64,000 bases of DNA, taken from Armatimonadota bacterium (GTDB lineage: Bacteria; Armatimonadota; HRBIN16). Each line of letters begins with the position of its first letter. Position 1 is the stretch's first letter. The position numbers and the translations under genes were made by a program. Shown here one piece after another: positions 51,522 through 61,936 of the stretch. A model generated the notes under the pieces. The model did not search any database and was not told the DNA's origin. It was given only the letters and a program-made list of their open reading frames with translations. The stretch spans positions 896,001 through 960,000 of the forward strand of contig OY781964.1 in assembly GCA_963677485.1 (NCBI GenBank). Reading direction: 5' to 3'.

Positions 51522-51551
51522 TTGACGGAGTTGCCCAAAACGTGCTAAAAT
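51522..51551 (+). promoter_or_regulatory. Sigma70-type promoter of gap-pgk-tpiA
   Basis: TTGACG-N18-TAAAAT with a TG extended -10. Confidence 0.6.
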
Positions 51552-51636
51552 AGACATCGAGAGATTTCGCATACTCTGCCGTCTCTATTGCAAACAATCG
51601 AATTCGGTACCCATAACCCCTACATGGAGGAACATA

Positions 51637-52650
51637 ATGGCTGTTAAGGTCGGTATCAACGGCTTCGGTCGCATCGGGCGTCTCGTTCTGCGCGGTATTT
51701 TGAAGAACTACGCTGACACTATCGAAGTTGTTGCAATCAACGACTTGGTTGATCCTAAGACCAATGCTCACCTGCTTAAGTACGACACAAACTACGGCAT
51801 CCTTGCAAACGAAGTGACCGCCGATGATACGAACATCTACGTCGATGGCAAAGCCATCCGCATCTTCGCACAGCGCAATCCAGCCGACATCGACTGGGCT
51901 TCCTTCGGTGTTGATGTTGTAGTAGAAGGCACCGGCCTGTTCACCGATGCTGCTAAAGCTGGCGCTCACCTCGGTGGCACCGTGAAGAAAGTCATCATCA
52001 CCGCTCCTGCTAAGGGTGAAGATGCCACCATCGTGATGGGTGTGAATGAAGGAACCTACGTTGCTTCCAAGCACAACATCATCTCCAATGCAAGCTGCAC
52101 CACCAACTGCCTGGCCCCTGTAGCCCGCGTGCTACAGGATAGCTTCGGTATCGTGAAGGGTCTCATGACCACCATTCACGCTTACACGAATGACCAGAAA
52201 GTCGCCGACCAGGCCCACAAAGACCTGCGCCGCGCCCGTGCCGCTGCTGTGAACATCATCCCCACCACCACCGGTGCAGCTAAGGCTGTTAGCCTTGCAG
52301 TGCCTGAGATGGCCGGCAAGCTGGATGGTTATTCCTTCCGCGTACCCACCCCTACAGTCTCTGTAGTGGACTTGATCGTTGAGCTCGAGAAGAACACCAC
52401 CCCTGCCGAAATCAACGCCGCCTTCCAGGCTGCTGCTGATGGCAAGATGAAGGGTTACCTCGGCGTAGAGACCAAGCCGCTAGTATCCAAAGACTTCCAG
52501 GGCGACGACCGCTCCTCCATCGTTGATGCCGGACTGACTATGGTCATCGGCGGCAACATGGCTAAAGTGATCTCTTGGTACGACAACGAGTGGGCTTACT
52601 CTATGCGCGTAGGCGACCTGATCACCTACATGGTTAGCAAGGGTCTGTAG
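51637..52650 (+). CDS. gap: Glyceraldehyde-3-phosphate dehydrogenase, type I
   Basis: [28 protein letters not shown]. Confidence 0.98.
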   Translation: MAVKVGINGFGRIGRLVLRGILKNYADTIEVVAINDLVDPKTNAHLLKYDTNYGILANEVTADDTNIYVDGKAIRIFAQRNPADIDWASFGVDVVVEGTGLFTDAAKAGAHLGGTVKKVIITAPAKGEDATIVMGVNEGTYVASKHNIISNASCTTNCLAPVARVLQDSFGIVKGLMTTIHAYTNDQKVADQAHKDLRRARAAAVNIIPTTTGAAKAVSLAVPEMAGKLDGYSFRVPTPTVSVVDLIVELEKNTTPAEINAAFQAAADGKMKGYLGVETKPLVSKDFQGDDRSSIVDAGLTMVIGGNMAKVISWYDNEWAYSMRVGDLITYMVSKGL

Positions 52651-52675
52651 ATCCCTTTCGACACCTACTTCACTT

Positions 52676-52709
52676 GGGGCGGGCGGGGTAACCTGCCTGC
52701 CCCTTTTTT
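52676..52709 (+). terminator. Terminator-like hairpin between gap and pgk
   Basis: GGGGCGGGCGGG-GTAA-CCTGCCTGCCCC followed by TTTTTT. Confidence 0.75.
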
Positions 52710-52728
52710 GTAACGGAGGATCATCACA

Positions 52729-53898
52729 GTGAACAAGAAGACCGTTATGGATATCGACGTGGCCGGCAAGCGCGTTCTTGTGCGAGTCGACTTCAACGTG
52801 CCGATGGAAAATGGCGTCATCACCAACGACAAGCGCGTGGTTGCCGCCCTCCCCACCATCAAATACCTCATCGAACACAAAGCCCGCGTCATTCTCTGCT
52901 CTCACCTCGGCCGACCGGTAGACGGCCCCGATGACACCATGCGCCTCGCCCCTGTCGCTGAGTGCCTGGCCAAACTCATCGGACAGCCCGTCAAGGCTCT
53001 GAACGACTGCATCGGCGACGCCGTGAAGGCCGAAGTCATGAAGATGCAGGACGGCGATGTGGTCATGCTGGAGAACGTCCGCTTCTACAAACAAGAGACC
53101 AAGAATGAGTCCGGATTCGTAGCCCAACTGGCCGACCTGGCCGAACTCTACGTGAACGACGCCTTTGGTTCCGCACACCGTGCCCACGCCTCCACAGAGG
53201 GTGTGGCCCACCACCTGCCCGCAGTGGCCGGTTTCCTGATGCAGAAGGAGCTGGACTACCTCGGCGGCGCACTGGCTGCACCAAAACGTCCTTTCGTGGC
53301 CATCCTTGGCGGCGCGAAAGTAGCTGACAAGATTTCCGTGATTGAGAACCTGTTGACCAAGGTCGACAAGCTCATCATTGGCGGAGGTATGGCCTTCACC
53401 TTCCTGAAAGCTCAGGGCTACGAAATCGGCAAGAGCATCCTGGACGCTGAGCGCGTAGACTTCGCGAAGCAGGTTCTGGCTGACAGCGGCGACAAGATCG
53501 TGCTGCCTGTAGATATGGTGATGGCGGCTGGATTCGACGCCACCGAAACCACCACGGTGGACATCGACGCCATGCCCGCCGATATGGCCGGATTTGACGT
53601 CGGCCCGAAATCTGATGCCCTCTTCGCCGAAGTCATCAAAACCGCGGGCACCGTAATCTGGAACGGCCCGATGGGCGTGTTCGAAAAGCCCCAGTTCGCG
53701 GAGGGCACCCGTGCGATGTGCCAGGCACTGGCTGAGAGTTCGGCAACCAGCATCATCGGCGGCGGCGACAGCGCTTCAGCCGTGAAGAAGATGGGCTACG
53801 CCGACAAGATGACACACATTTCCACTGGCGGCGGTGCCTCCCTGGAGTTCCTTGAAGGCAAGGCTCTTCCCGGCGTCGTGGCTCTGTTGGACAAATAG
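52729..53898 (+). CDS. pgk: Phosphoglycerate kinase
   Basis: RVDFNVP, SHLGRP, LENVRF, NDAFG.AHRAHAS, STGGGASLE. Confidence 0.98.
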   Translation: MNKKTVMDIDVAGKRVLVRVDFNVPMENGVITNDKRVVAALPTIKYLIEHKARVILCSHLGRPVDGPDDTMRLAPVAECLAKLIGQPVKALNDCIGDAVKAEVMKMQDGDVVMLENVRFYKQETKNESGFVAQLADLAELYVNDAFGSAHRAHASTEGVAHHLPAVAGFLMQKELDYLGGALAAPKRPFVAILGGAKVADKISVIENLLTKVDKLIIGGGMAFTFLKAQGYEIGKSILDAERVDFAKQVLADSGDKIVLPVDMVMAAGFDATETTTVDIDAMPADMAGFDVGPKSDALFAEVIKTAGTVIWNGPMGVFEKPQFAEGTRAMCQALAESSATSIIGGGDSASAVKKMGYADKMTHISTGGGASLEFLEGKALPGVVALLDK

Positions 53899-53912
53899 GA
53901 GAAATAGCGAAT

Positions 53913-54710
53913 ATGCGACGTATACTCATCGCCGGAAACTGGAAGTTGAACGGCAGCATCGCCTGGGCCAAAGAGTTTGTGGCCGGTATGAAAGCGCAGA
54001 ACAACGGCAACAAGGCCGCCGAAGTCTGCTTGTGCCCCACCTTCACCAGCCTCTACCCCATCGGGCAGGAGCTGGCAGGCAGCGGCATCGCCCTCGGCGC
54101 ACAGGACATCTTCTGGAAAGACTCTGGCGCATACACCAGCCAGATTTCCGCTCCCATGCTCAAAGAGTGTGGCGTGACCTATGTCATCATCGGCCATAGC
54201 GAAACCCGCGGCCGTTACGGCGTACCAGAGCCGGACTTCACCCCCGAAGTACTGAAGCAGTTCGGTGAGACCGACACCACCGTCAACAAGAAGGCCCACT
54301 ACGCACTGGCCAGTGGCCTCAAGCCCATCATCTGCTGCGGCGAGACCCTTGAAGAGCGCGAAGCCGGTCAGGCTGACGGCATCATCGCCGCCCAAATCGA
54401 GAAGGCCGTCGCCGGCTTCACCGGTGAGCAGGCCGCTACCCTGGTGTTTGCTTACGAGCCCGTATGGGCCATCGGCACCGGCAAGAGCTGCGACACCGCT
54501 GAGGCCAACCGCATCTGCGGACTGGTTCGCAGCACCGTAGCCAAATGCTGCGGCGACGCGGCTGCCCAGAGTGCCCGCGTGCTCTACGGCGGATCGGTCA
54601 AGCCCGATAACGCCAAAGAGCTCCTCGCCACCAGCGACATCGACGGCGCCCTCGTCGGCGGAGCCTCCATGAAAGTGGACAGCTTCACCGGCATCATCGA
54701 CGCCGCGTAA
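53913..54710 (+). CDS. tpiA: Triosephosphate isomerase
   Basis: GNWK, GHSE, AYEPVWAIGTG, LYGGSV, LVGGAS. Confidence 0.97.
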   Translation: MRRILIAGNWKLNGSIAWAKEFVAGMKAQNNGNKAAEVCLCPTFTSLYPIGQELAGSGIALGAQDIFWKDSGAYTSQISAPMLKECGVTYVIIGHSETRGRYGVPEPDFTPEVLKQFGETDTTVNKKAHYALASGLKPIICCGETLEEREAGQADGIIAAQIEKAVAGFTGEQAATLVFAYEPVWAIGTGKSCDTAEANRICGLVRSTVAKCCGDAAAQSARVLYGGSVKPDNAKELLATSDIDGALVGGASMKVDSFTGIIDAA

Positions 54711-54729
54711 GTACCGCGAACCAGCTCCC

Positions 54730-54760
54730 AGCCCCGTGCGGACCACCGCACGGGGCTTTT
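54730..54760 (+). terminator. Rho-independent terminator after tpiA
   Basis: AGCCCCGTGCGG-ACCA-CCGCACGGGGCT followed by TTT. Confidence 0.8.
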
Positions 54761-57287
54761 GCGTTTTAGGAACACACCACGATCCGTGGCATACCGGATG
54801 GTTCACAGTGTGGTATGGGGTACACTTGGCACAGAGGATGAACCGTTAAGACAGATTCCCCTACCCTCAACAGGCAGACACTCGTTGGCAGCATATACAT
54901 CACAATTTAGCAATACCGGCATACGAAGAGTTTTCGCGCTTTGCGTAGTGCTGTTGATTTTAATATCTGGCGCCGCTCATGCGCAGGTGCTCTACCGCGC
55001 GAACCTGCATGTACACACACAGGTCAGCAATCAACTCTCATTCTATGACGGGTTGGACGGCTACATCGAGTTCGACCATCGATTCACACAGTCTCCTACG
55101 GCCACACTCTCAAGTGCCGCAGCCGAGGGATTAAAAGTGGTGGGTCTGTCGGATCATGGCGGGTCTATCACATCGTCAGAATGGATTGATCTGTCAACAG
55201 CCGTCGCTGCAAACACCACAGTGACAGGGCTGAGAGGCTTCGAGTGGACGGGGTCGAGTCACCTGAATGTCTTTGGCACGAGTTCCTACGCAGATACCGC
55301 CCGTTTCGGTAACGGAACCCCTCCATACGAGATCATGACCATACCGGAGTTGTATACCTGGCTCAAATCCGCTAGCATGGCCGATGAATATGGATCCACG
55401 CCTGTCGTTCAGTTCAACCACATCAAATACGGCGATATGTTTGATGAGTTCGGCCATTGGGATGAGCAGATCGATCGCCTGATCTGTCTGGCGGAGCTTG
55501 GTTCTGCCCAAACCCCGTTCTACAGTCAAGCCAGCCATCAGGAACCACGCTTCCAAATGGCCCTGCAGGCGGGCTGGCATGTCGGACCTACAATTGGTAT
55601 CGACAACCAGACCGGTGTGGGCGATCAAGCCGCCACCCGCCACACCGGGGTGTGGGTAGATTCGGGCAGTGGAAGCGCTGGTGTGATGGATGCTCTGCGG
55701 GAACGAAGGGTCTTTGCGAGCGAGGACAGGGATGTGTCCCTTCAGTTTCACGCCACGAACAGCACCGATGGCAAATCATACTGGATGGGTAAAACCATCC
55801 CATCTGATCCGAAAGGTACGCTCTTCTCTCTGACCGTCAACGACCCAAGCGGATACACGAAAGACGCCTTCGAATCCATCGACCTGATGAGTTCGTCGTC
55901 CAGCCAACCGGTCTATCGGTGGGGAAGCACCAATGCCACTAAAAACGACATATACCGAGAGGTTTATTTCACATCCAATCAGCTCAGCTCTATGGTCAAA
56001 ACAGCGCGAGACGAAAACTGCTTCTACCTAAGGCTAAAGCAGAAGGGTGTGTTAGGTGTTGGGCAGGATTATATCTACTCAGCCCCTGTCTGGATCAAAT
56101 ACTGGACACCGGTCAGCGGAACAATCACCACAAATACCACATGGTCCCCGAAAAACAACCCCTACCTCATCAAGGGACTTGTATCCGTGGTGGCAGGCTG
56201 CACGCTCACGATACTGCCAGGTACGGTGGTGAAATTCGCCGATAGTGCCAGCAAGATCACGGTAGAAGGCAGCATCTCAGCTAATGGCACCGCTGGATCA
56301 CCTATCCATTTCACCAGCTTCAAAGATGATACGGTTAGTGGCGACACAGACCACGACACTGCCACCCCAGCTGCTGGTGACTGGTCGCAGATTAATATCA
56401 CTGGAGCTGGAGCACAGGGTTATTTTGGCCACTGTATTGTGCGATATGGAGGGTTTGGCAGCTCTGGGCCATCGGCCAGTCTGGTATGCAGCGGCGGAGC
56501 TTCACTCACCGTGACCAACTGTTCCGTAATCTCCAGCAATGCCAGCGGGGTTTATTCGAATGCACTCGGCACGACACTCAACAACAACATCATCGCCTAC
56601 TGCTCGTCAAGTGGCATAGTGCTGAATGGCGGATCTAGTTCATTAACCTATTCTGACACATGGCAGAATGGGGGCGATGAAATCCTGACCAGTGGAACAT
56701 TAACCGCAGGAAACATCCACTTGGATCCCCTGTTTGTCTCAAATGTCGCTGGTGATTTCCGACTTCAGGCAGGATCACCTTGCATAGACACAGGCGATCC
56801 GTTGATTATGGACGCTGATGGTTCGCGATCCGATATGGGAGCGGCCTCCGTGATGAGCCCATCAAGCCCGGCATCGCTGGAGCTGACCATCAATCCAGGC
56901 GGTGGATATCTCGGTGCTCTGGGTGGTGTGGTACTTCACTACAGCTTAAGCGAGGTGAACACCTACTCCGGCACCCTGGTACCGGACCACTCAGGGAAAG
57001 CGTGGATAACCGGTATTCAGAATGGCCGATATGACCTAAGAATGAGCAGCAGCCACTGGCTGACACGCCTCATCAAGAACATCGACATCAGCCAGGATAC
57101 CAGCCTGACGGTGTCGCTCACCAATGGCGACGCCGATGGTGACAACCAGATCAATCTGTTTGACTTCGTAGTGCTTGACCAGCACTTCGGCACATCGGAC
57201 TCAATGGCTGACCTGGACGGCAGCGGACAGGTGAACTTGTTCGACTATGTGATCATCGACCAGAACTTCGGGGCAAGGGGCGACTGA
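54759..57287 (+). CDS. Secreted PHP-family (CehA/McbA-like) metallohydrolase with beta-helix and C-terminal dockerin-like domain; true start probably downstream
   Basis: Signal-like VFALCVVLLILISGAAHA; NLHVHT, SDH, GFEWT..HLNVF, QFNH, DN; W....NPY..V..G.TLTI.PG beta-helix; paired EF-hand-like tail. Confidence 0.75.
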   Translation: MRFRNTPRSVAYRMVHSVVWGTLGTEDEPLRQIPLPSTGRHSLAAYTSQFSNTGIRRVFALCVVLLILISGAAHAQVLYRANLHVHTQVSNQLSFYDGLDGYIEFDHRFTQSPTATLSSAAAEGLKVVGLSDHGGSITSSEWIDLSTAVAANTTVTGLRGFEWTGSSHLNVFGTSSYADTARFGNGTPPYEIMTIPELYTWLKSASMADEYGSTPVVQFNHIKYGDMFDEFGHWDEQIDRLICLAELGSAQTPFYSQASHQEPRFQMALQAGWHVGPTIGIDNQTGVGDQAATRHTGVWVDSGSGSAGVMDALRERRVFASEDRDVSLQFHATNSTDGKSYWMGKTIPSDPKGTLFSLTVNDPSGYTKDAFESIDLMSSSSSQPVYRWGSTNATKNDIYREVYFTSNQLSSMVKTARDENCFYLRLKQKGVLGVGQDYIYSAPVWIKYWTPVSGTITTNTTWSPKNNPYLIKGLVSVVAGCTLTILPGTVVKFADSASKITVEGSISANGTAGSPIHFTSFKDDTVSGDTDHDTATPAAGDWSQINITGAGAQGYFGHCIVRYGGFGSSGPSASLVCSGGASLTVTNCSVISSNASGVYSNALGTTLNNNIIAYCSSSGIVLNGGSSSLTYSDTWQNGGDEILTSGTLTAGNIHLDPLFVSNVAGDFRLQAGSPCIDTGDPLIMDADGSRSDMGAASVMSPSSPASLELTINPGGGYLGALGGVVLHYSLSEVNTYSGTLVPDHSGKAWITGIQNGRYDLRMSSSHWLTRLIKNIDISQDTSLTVSLTNGDADGDNQINLFDFVVLDQHFGTSDSMADLDGSGQVNLFDYVIIDQNFGARGD

Positions 57288-57318
57288 GACCCGCACGGGC
57301 AACCATGCTTCGACACTG

Positions 57319-57375
57319 ACGGGCAACCACGGGGGGTTGCCCGTACCCTCCGCGACCTCCGCGCCTCCGCGTGAG
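57319..57375. repeat. REP-like hairpin plus short-period repeat
   Basis: ACGGGCAACC-ACGGGG-GGTTGCCCGT(AC); CTCCGCG x3, whose reverse complement resembles 7531-7557. Confidence 0.55.
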
Positions 57376-57479
57376 GTATCGTTCCCATTCTTTCCTCCTG
57401 TCTTCTCCCTCCTAAATTCTCGAATGTTCTGGTACCATACTGTCAGAACAAACCGAACAGGCGGAGGATATCGCACGCC

Positions 57480-58805
57480 ATGAAAATCGCAACCCTCGTT
57501 GCAGTAGGAGCCCTTATGTCTACGCTCAACGCACCCTCTTTTGCTAAGGTGTCCGTCAACGGGCCATGGTCAGTGACCGTGGCTGCCGGCAATTACTCGG
57601 TAGATGGCAACTGGCACCACGTAGCCAACACCCAGGTTCTCGACGTTGCACCACCAGAACTCATCACCATCAAGGACGAGGCCGCCAAGCTCCCCACCGA
57701 TCCCGGCCCTGTGGCCGGCTGGACCAGGGGTTACCGTCCCACCAAGCTGATCACCCAGGAGTGTACCGCTCCCTACGTGCTCAAACAGAGCTCCGTGGTG
57801 ATCAAAGCATCTGCAGACGCCAGCGAGAGCTACGTCAAAGGCAAGGATTTTGATATCGAGCCGATGTGGAACACCATCTGGCGCACAGCCAACAGCAGCA
57901 TCCCCGCCGATGCCACCAGCTACATCACCTACACCTACGGTCAGAGCCGCCTCGACTCTATCGTGATCGATGCACAAGGTGTAGCCAAAATCGTGAAGGG
58001 CAAACCCGCCGTTTGGGAGGTGGCACCACCAGCTACCCCTAGAGGCAGCACGTTGATCGGCAGAATCTGGGTGCGCGGTGAGCTGACTCGGTTGGCTGAG
58101 AATGACATATACAATGTCACCGCCACACGATTATCTACGAAAAAGATGGCTCCATTGGCCGCCAAATTCACCCCGAAGGCCCTTGAGAAACTGAAGACAG
58201 GCCAGCCGCTCACCATCCTGTTCTGGGGTGACAGCGTCACCGCAGGCGGCGGACCCACCGAAGAGATGCGCTTCCCACACCAGGCGGTACGTATGCTGAA
58301 GAAGGCCTTCCCGAAGGCGAACATCAACTACACCATCAACGGCTGGGGCGGACGCACAAGCCATAACTTCATCATCGAGCCCTCTGGCAGCCAGTTCAAC
58401 TTCCAGGAAAAGATAGTAGACCCCAAGCCGGACCTGGTGATCAGCGAGTTCATCAACGACACCGGTCTGCCCCTTGATATGGTTCAGACCGAACACGAGA
58501 TGATTAAGAAGAAGTTCGCGGAGAACGGCACCGAATGGGTGATCCTCACTCCGCACTTCAGCATCTTCCAGGTGATGGGTGACCCGTCTGCCCACGTTGA
58601 TAAAGAAACTCGCCCGGTCGTACTCTACTGGCGCAAGTTCGTCCAGCCCGGTATCGGTCTAGCCGATGCCGCCGCCCGGTATGAGCACTTCCCCAGCGAA
58701 GGTATCCCCTTTATGACCCTCATGGCGAACAGCATCAACCACCCCAACAACTGGGGCAACACGGTGTTTGCTGAGGCGATTCTGAACTACTTCACCGGGA
58801 AGTAG
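57480..58805 (+). CDS. Secreted SGNH/GDSL hydrolase (paralog 1)
   Basis: Signal peptide; WGDSVT, GWGG, EFIND, INHPN. Confidence 0.85.
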   Translation: MKIATLVAVGALMSTLNAPSFAKVSVNGPWSVTVAAGNYSVDGNWHHVANTQVLDVAPPELITIKDEAAKLPTDPGPVAGWTRGYRPTKLITQECTAPYVLKQSSVVIKASADASESYVKGKDFDIEPMWNTIWRTANSSIPADATSYITYTYGQSRLDSIVIDAQGVAKIVKGKPAVWEVAPPATPRGSTLIGRIWVRGELTRLAENDIYNVTATRLSTKKMAPLAAKFTPKALEKLKTGQPLTILFWGDSVTAGGGPTEEMRFPHQAVRMLKKAFPKANINYTINGWGGRTSHNFIIEPSGSQFNFQEKIVDPKPDLVISEFINDTGLPLDMVQTEHEMIKKKFAENGTEWVILTPHFSIFQVMGDPSAHVDKETRPVVLYWRKFVQPGIGLADAAARYEHFPSEGIPFMTLMANSINHPNNWGNTVFAEAILNYFTGK

Positions 58806-58904
58806 GGTGAACCTCTACCAACATGCTCAACTTGGCAATATTGCCAGGTTGAGCATTCCAATCCTCGGCACATAACAATAACCACCAGCAAAGGAATATC
58901 CAAT

Positions 58905-60230
58905 ATGAAGTGGAACGCCCTTCTTCTGTCAGGAGCAGCTATTATCTCAATGCAAACAATATCTGCAGCAAAAGTGATCATTTCGGGTGATTCTGAAATC
59001 ACCGTGCAGGCCGGTACCTATACCATTGATGGTAATGCACACCGTGTGAACACCTCGCAAAACTTGAGGCTCACACGGCCCCAGCGTGTGACGGTCCAGA
59101 ATGAAAAAGCGGTCATACCTACCGATGCGGGTGCCAATGCACCTTTCTGGGCACGCGGTTATACCCCGGGCTGGCTGGCCCCAGGCGGGATCGCTGCCTA
59201 CCAGGGCTTGCGCTCACAAAGCATCAAGTTGAAGTCAGCAGATGGATCGGTGCCCTACGCACGCGGCCTTGATTTCGATACCGACCCCACCTGGGGCACC
59301 ATCTGGCGCACCCCAAACAGCAGCATGGTCGATGGCGCGACCAGCTTGCTGACCTACACCTACAACCAGTGCCGGATCGATTCGATCGTAATCGACGCTC
59401 AAGGCATCGCCCGAGTCATTGAGGGCAAGACGGGGGTCTGGGAAGTCATGCCCCCTGAAACGCCGAAAGGTGATACCCTCATCGCACGCATATGGTGGCA
59501 CGGTGACGCCCAAAAGCTGACTGAAGAGCAGCTATACAACGTGACTGCGACCAAAATGCCGGTCCAAAAAGGCAACCCGCTGGCGGCAACATACACACCA
59601 AAGGTTCTGGCTAAGCTTCAAAACGGTGGTACAGTCAACATCACCTTCTGGGGCGACAGCGTCACCGATGGCGGTTCTGCCACCGAAGGTATGGGATTCC
59701 AGCACCAGTTCATCCGCATGCTCAAAAAGGCCTTCCCGAAAGCGAACATCAACTACGTCACCAACGCCTGGGGCGGACGGACCACCCATGCTTTCCTGAC
59801 CGAACCCAGCGGAAGTGCCTACAACTTCAAGGAGCAGATACTTAGTAAAAAGCCAGACCTGGTGGTCAGCGAATTCGTGAACGACACCGGCCTGCCTATG
59901 GATATGATTGAGAAGGACTACGCTCAGATTCAACAGGATTTCGCTGCGAACGAGATTGAGTGGCTCATCATGACTCCTCACTTCACGACGTTCGAGGTCA
60001 TGAGCGGAAACACCTGGCGAATATCAAAAGAGGCCCGCCCAGTGGTTCTCTACCTCAGGAAATTCGCCAAACCGGGGATCGGTGTAGCAGATGCGTCCGC
60101 ACGTTACGAGCATTTCGACAGTGAGGGCATCCCCTTCGCCAGCTTCATGGTGAACTCCATCAACCACCCGAACAACTGGGGTCATAAAGTGTTCGCTGAG
60201 GTGCTGCTGAACTACTTCACCGGCATGTAG
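58905..60230 (+). CDS. Secreted SGNH/GDSL hydrolase (paralog 2)
   Basis: Same length (441 aa) and motifs as paralog 1: WGDSVT, AWGG, EFVND, INHPN. Confidence 0.85.
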   Translation: MKWNALLLSGAAIISMQTISAAKVIISGDSEITVQAGTYTIDGNAHRVNTSQNLRLTRPQRVTVQNEKAVIPTDAGANAPFWARGYTPGWLAPGGIAAYQGLRSQSIKLKSADGSVPYARGLDFDTDPTWGTIWRTPNSSMVDGATSLLTYTYNQCRIDSIVIDAQGIARVIEGKTGVWEVMPPETPKGDTLIARIWWHGDAQKLTEEQLYNVTATKMPVQKGNPLAATYTPKVLAKLQNGGTVNITFWGDSVTDGGSATEGMGFQHQFIRMLKKAFPKANINYVTNAWGGRTTHAFLTEPSGSAYNFKEQILSKKPDLVVSEFVNDTGLPMDMIEKDYAQIQQDFAANEIEWLIMTPHFTTFEVMSGNTWRISKEARPVVLYLRKFAKPGIGVADASARYEHFDSEGIPFASFMVNSINHPNNWGHKVFAEVLLNYFTGM

Positions 60231-60301
60231 GGGCCACCCTTGTGGTGGCCCGATATCCGGTGGCCTTGACCATCAGGGCCGGCACAAGGCACGGCCCCTA
60301 C
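60227..60301. repeat. GTAG-type REP doublet
   Basis: GTAGGGGCCACC..GGTGGCCC ... GGGCCG..CGGCCCCTAC inverted pair. Confidence 0.7.
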
Positions 60302-60370
60302 GGTGGCACCGCGCATGCACCGCAGTAGGGGTATAATCTGGGCGTAAGCACGATAAAACGAGAGGTGTCT

Positions 60371-61936
60371 ATGCAACCAGTTGTCACCGCACAGCAGATG
60401 CACGAAATTGACCAAATCACCATACAGCAATATGGAATCCCAGCCATTGTGCTGATGGAGCACGCCGCGCTCAGCGTGGCGCAGGCCGTCGAACAGCATT
60501 GGGGCCATCTGCACAACCAGCGTATGCTTGTGTTCTGCGGTCACGGCAACAACGGCGGTGACGGCTTCGCCATCGCACGCCTTGCGGCCCACCGAGGGGC
60601 GAAGGTCTCCATTCTGTTTTCGGGTAACCTCGAGCGTATGAGTAGTGAGACCAGCACCAACTTTCAGGCAGCCAAATTGCACGGCATCCCCATACTGGAA
60701 AGTGCCGATTGTGATCTGGAGGAAGCGATTAAGGCAGCAGATATCCTCGTCGACGCGCTGCTGGGAACCGGCACCTCAGGAATCCTGCGTGAAGAGACAC
60801 AACAACTCGTGGGCCTCATCAACCAACGGCCCGAGCCGTCCAGACTGGTAGCGGTGGACATCCCCACCGGGTTACAGGCTGATAACGGACAGATTCTGGG
60901 TCAAGCGGTGCAGGCTGACCTTACAGTCACTTTTGGCCATCGTAAACCGGCATTGTGCATCACCCCCGGCATCACCTACTGTGGCAAGGTCGTCGTGGCG
61001 GACATCGGCATTCCGGCTCAGGCAATTCTGCAGGTAAAACCAGCCATCTTCTGGGTTGGTAAGTCAGCCCTGCAGTCACTGATGCCCCTTCGCCCTGTCG
61101 ATGGCCACAAAGGCATTTTCGGCCACACGTTGATCGTAGGCGGCAGCGTGGGCTTCGCAGGCGCCCCCATTCTGGCCGCGTCAGCAGCGATCAAAGCTGG
61201 TGTGGGGTTGTGTTCGGCTGCGATACCGGATAGCTATGTCACAGCAGGACTGACCGTAGAGCCAGGTGTGATGTGGCACGGCATGGGGTTGCACTCAGAG
61301 CATCTTGGCAGCGAAAGCGAGGTGGCTTTGCGTAAGCTGAGTGAGCAAGTGAAGTCGCTAGCCATCGGCCCGGGGCTGGGGCAGCATCCTGAGACGGTGA
61401 AGCTGCTGCTCCACTTGCTGGAAGCGCAGCTCCCCGCGCTGGTGTTGGATGCCGATGCGCTGAACATACTGGCAGCCCACTCATCGCTGGTGAGTCACCA
61501 ACTCTCTGAGAGGCAGGTCGTGCTCACTCCCCACCCCGGTGAACTGGCCCGGCTGATGGGCATTGGTATCCCTGAGATACAACAGGACAGAATCGCATCG
61601 GCACGGGCATCGGCAGCACAGTATCAAAGTGTGGTGGTGCTGAAGGGTGCTCACAGCGTCATCGCCGCACCAGATGGGTCAACCTACATCATCGCCACGG
61701 GTAACCCGATCCTGGCGGTCGGCGGCAGCGGCGATGTGCTGACAGGGATCATCGCGGCCCTGATGGCGCAAGGGCTGCCCGCACTGGAGGCGGCGATCCT
61801 CGGCAGCGGATGGCATGGTCTGGCTGGCGATGTGGCAGCAGAGAACCTTGGGCAGGCTGGAGCCAGTCCAATAGATATCATACGAGCCATCCCATTGGCC
61901 CGATTGCGCTGCTTACCTCAGGAGGATTCCGCGTGA
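60371..61936 (+). CDS. nnr: Bifunctional NAD(P)H-hydrate epimerase/dehydratase (YjeF)
   Basis: LMEHA, G.GNNGGDG, DALLGTG, VDIPTG; HKG..G, GPGLG, DADAL, TPHPGE, GGSGDVLTG. Confidence 0.95.
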   Translation: MQPVVTAQQMHEIDQITIQQYGIPAIVLMEHAALSVAQAVEQHWGHLHNQRMLVFCGHGNNGGDGFAIARLAAHRGAKVSILFSGNLERMSSETSTNFQAAKLHGIPILESADCDLEEAIKAADILVDALLGTGTSGILREETQQLVGLINQRPEPSRLVAVDIPTGLQADNGQILGQAVQADLTVTFGHRKPALCITPGITYCGKVVVADIGIPAQAILQVKPAIFWVGKSALQSLMPLRPVDGHKGIFGHTLIVGGSVGFAGAPILAASAAIKAGVGLCSAAIPDSYVTAGLTVEPGVMWHGMGLHSEHLGSESEVALRKLSEQVKSLAIGPGLGQHPETVKLLLHLLEAQLPALVLDADALNILAAHSSLVSHQLSERQVVLTPHPGELARLMGIGIPEIQQDRIASARASAAQYQSVVVLKGAHSVIAAPDGSTYIIATGNPILAVGGSGDVLTGIIAALMAQGLPALEAAILGSGWHGLAGDVAAENLGQAGASPIDIIRAIPLARLRCLPQEDSA

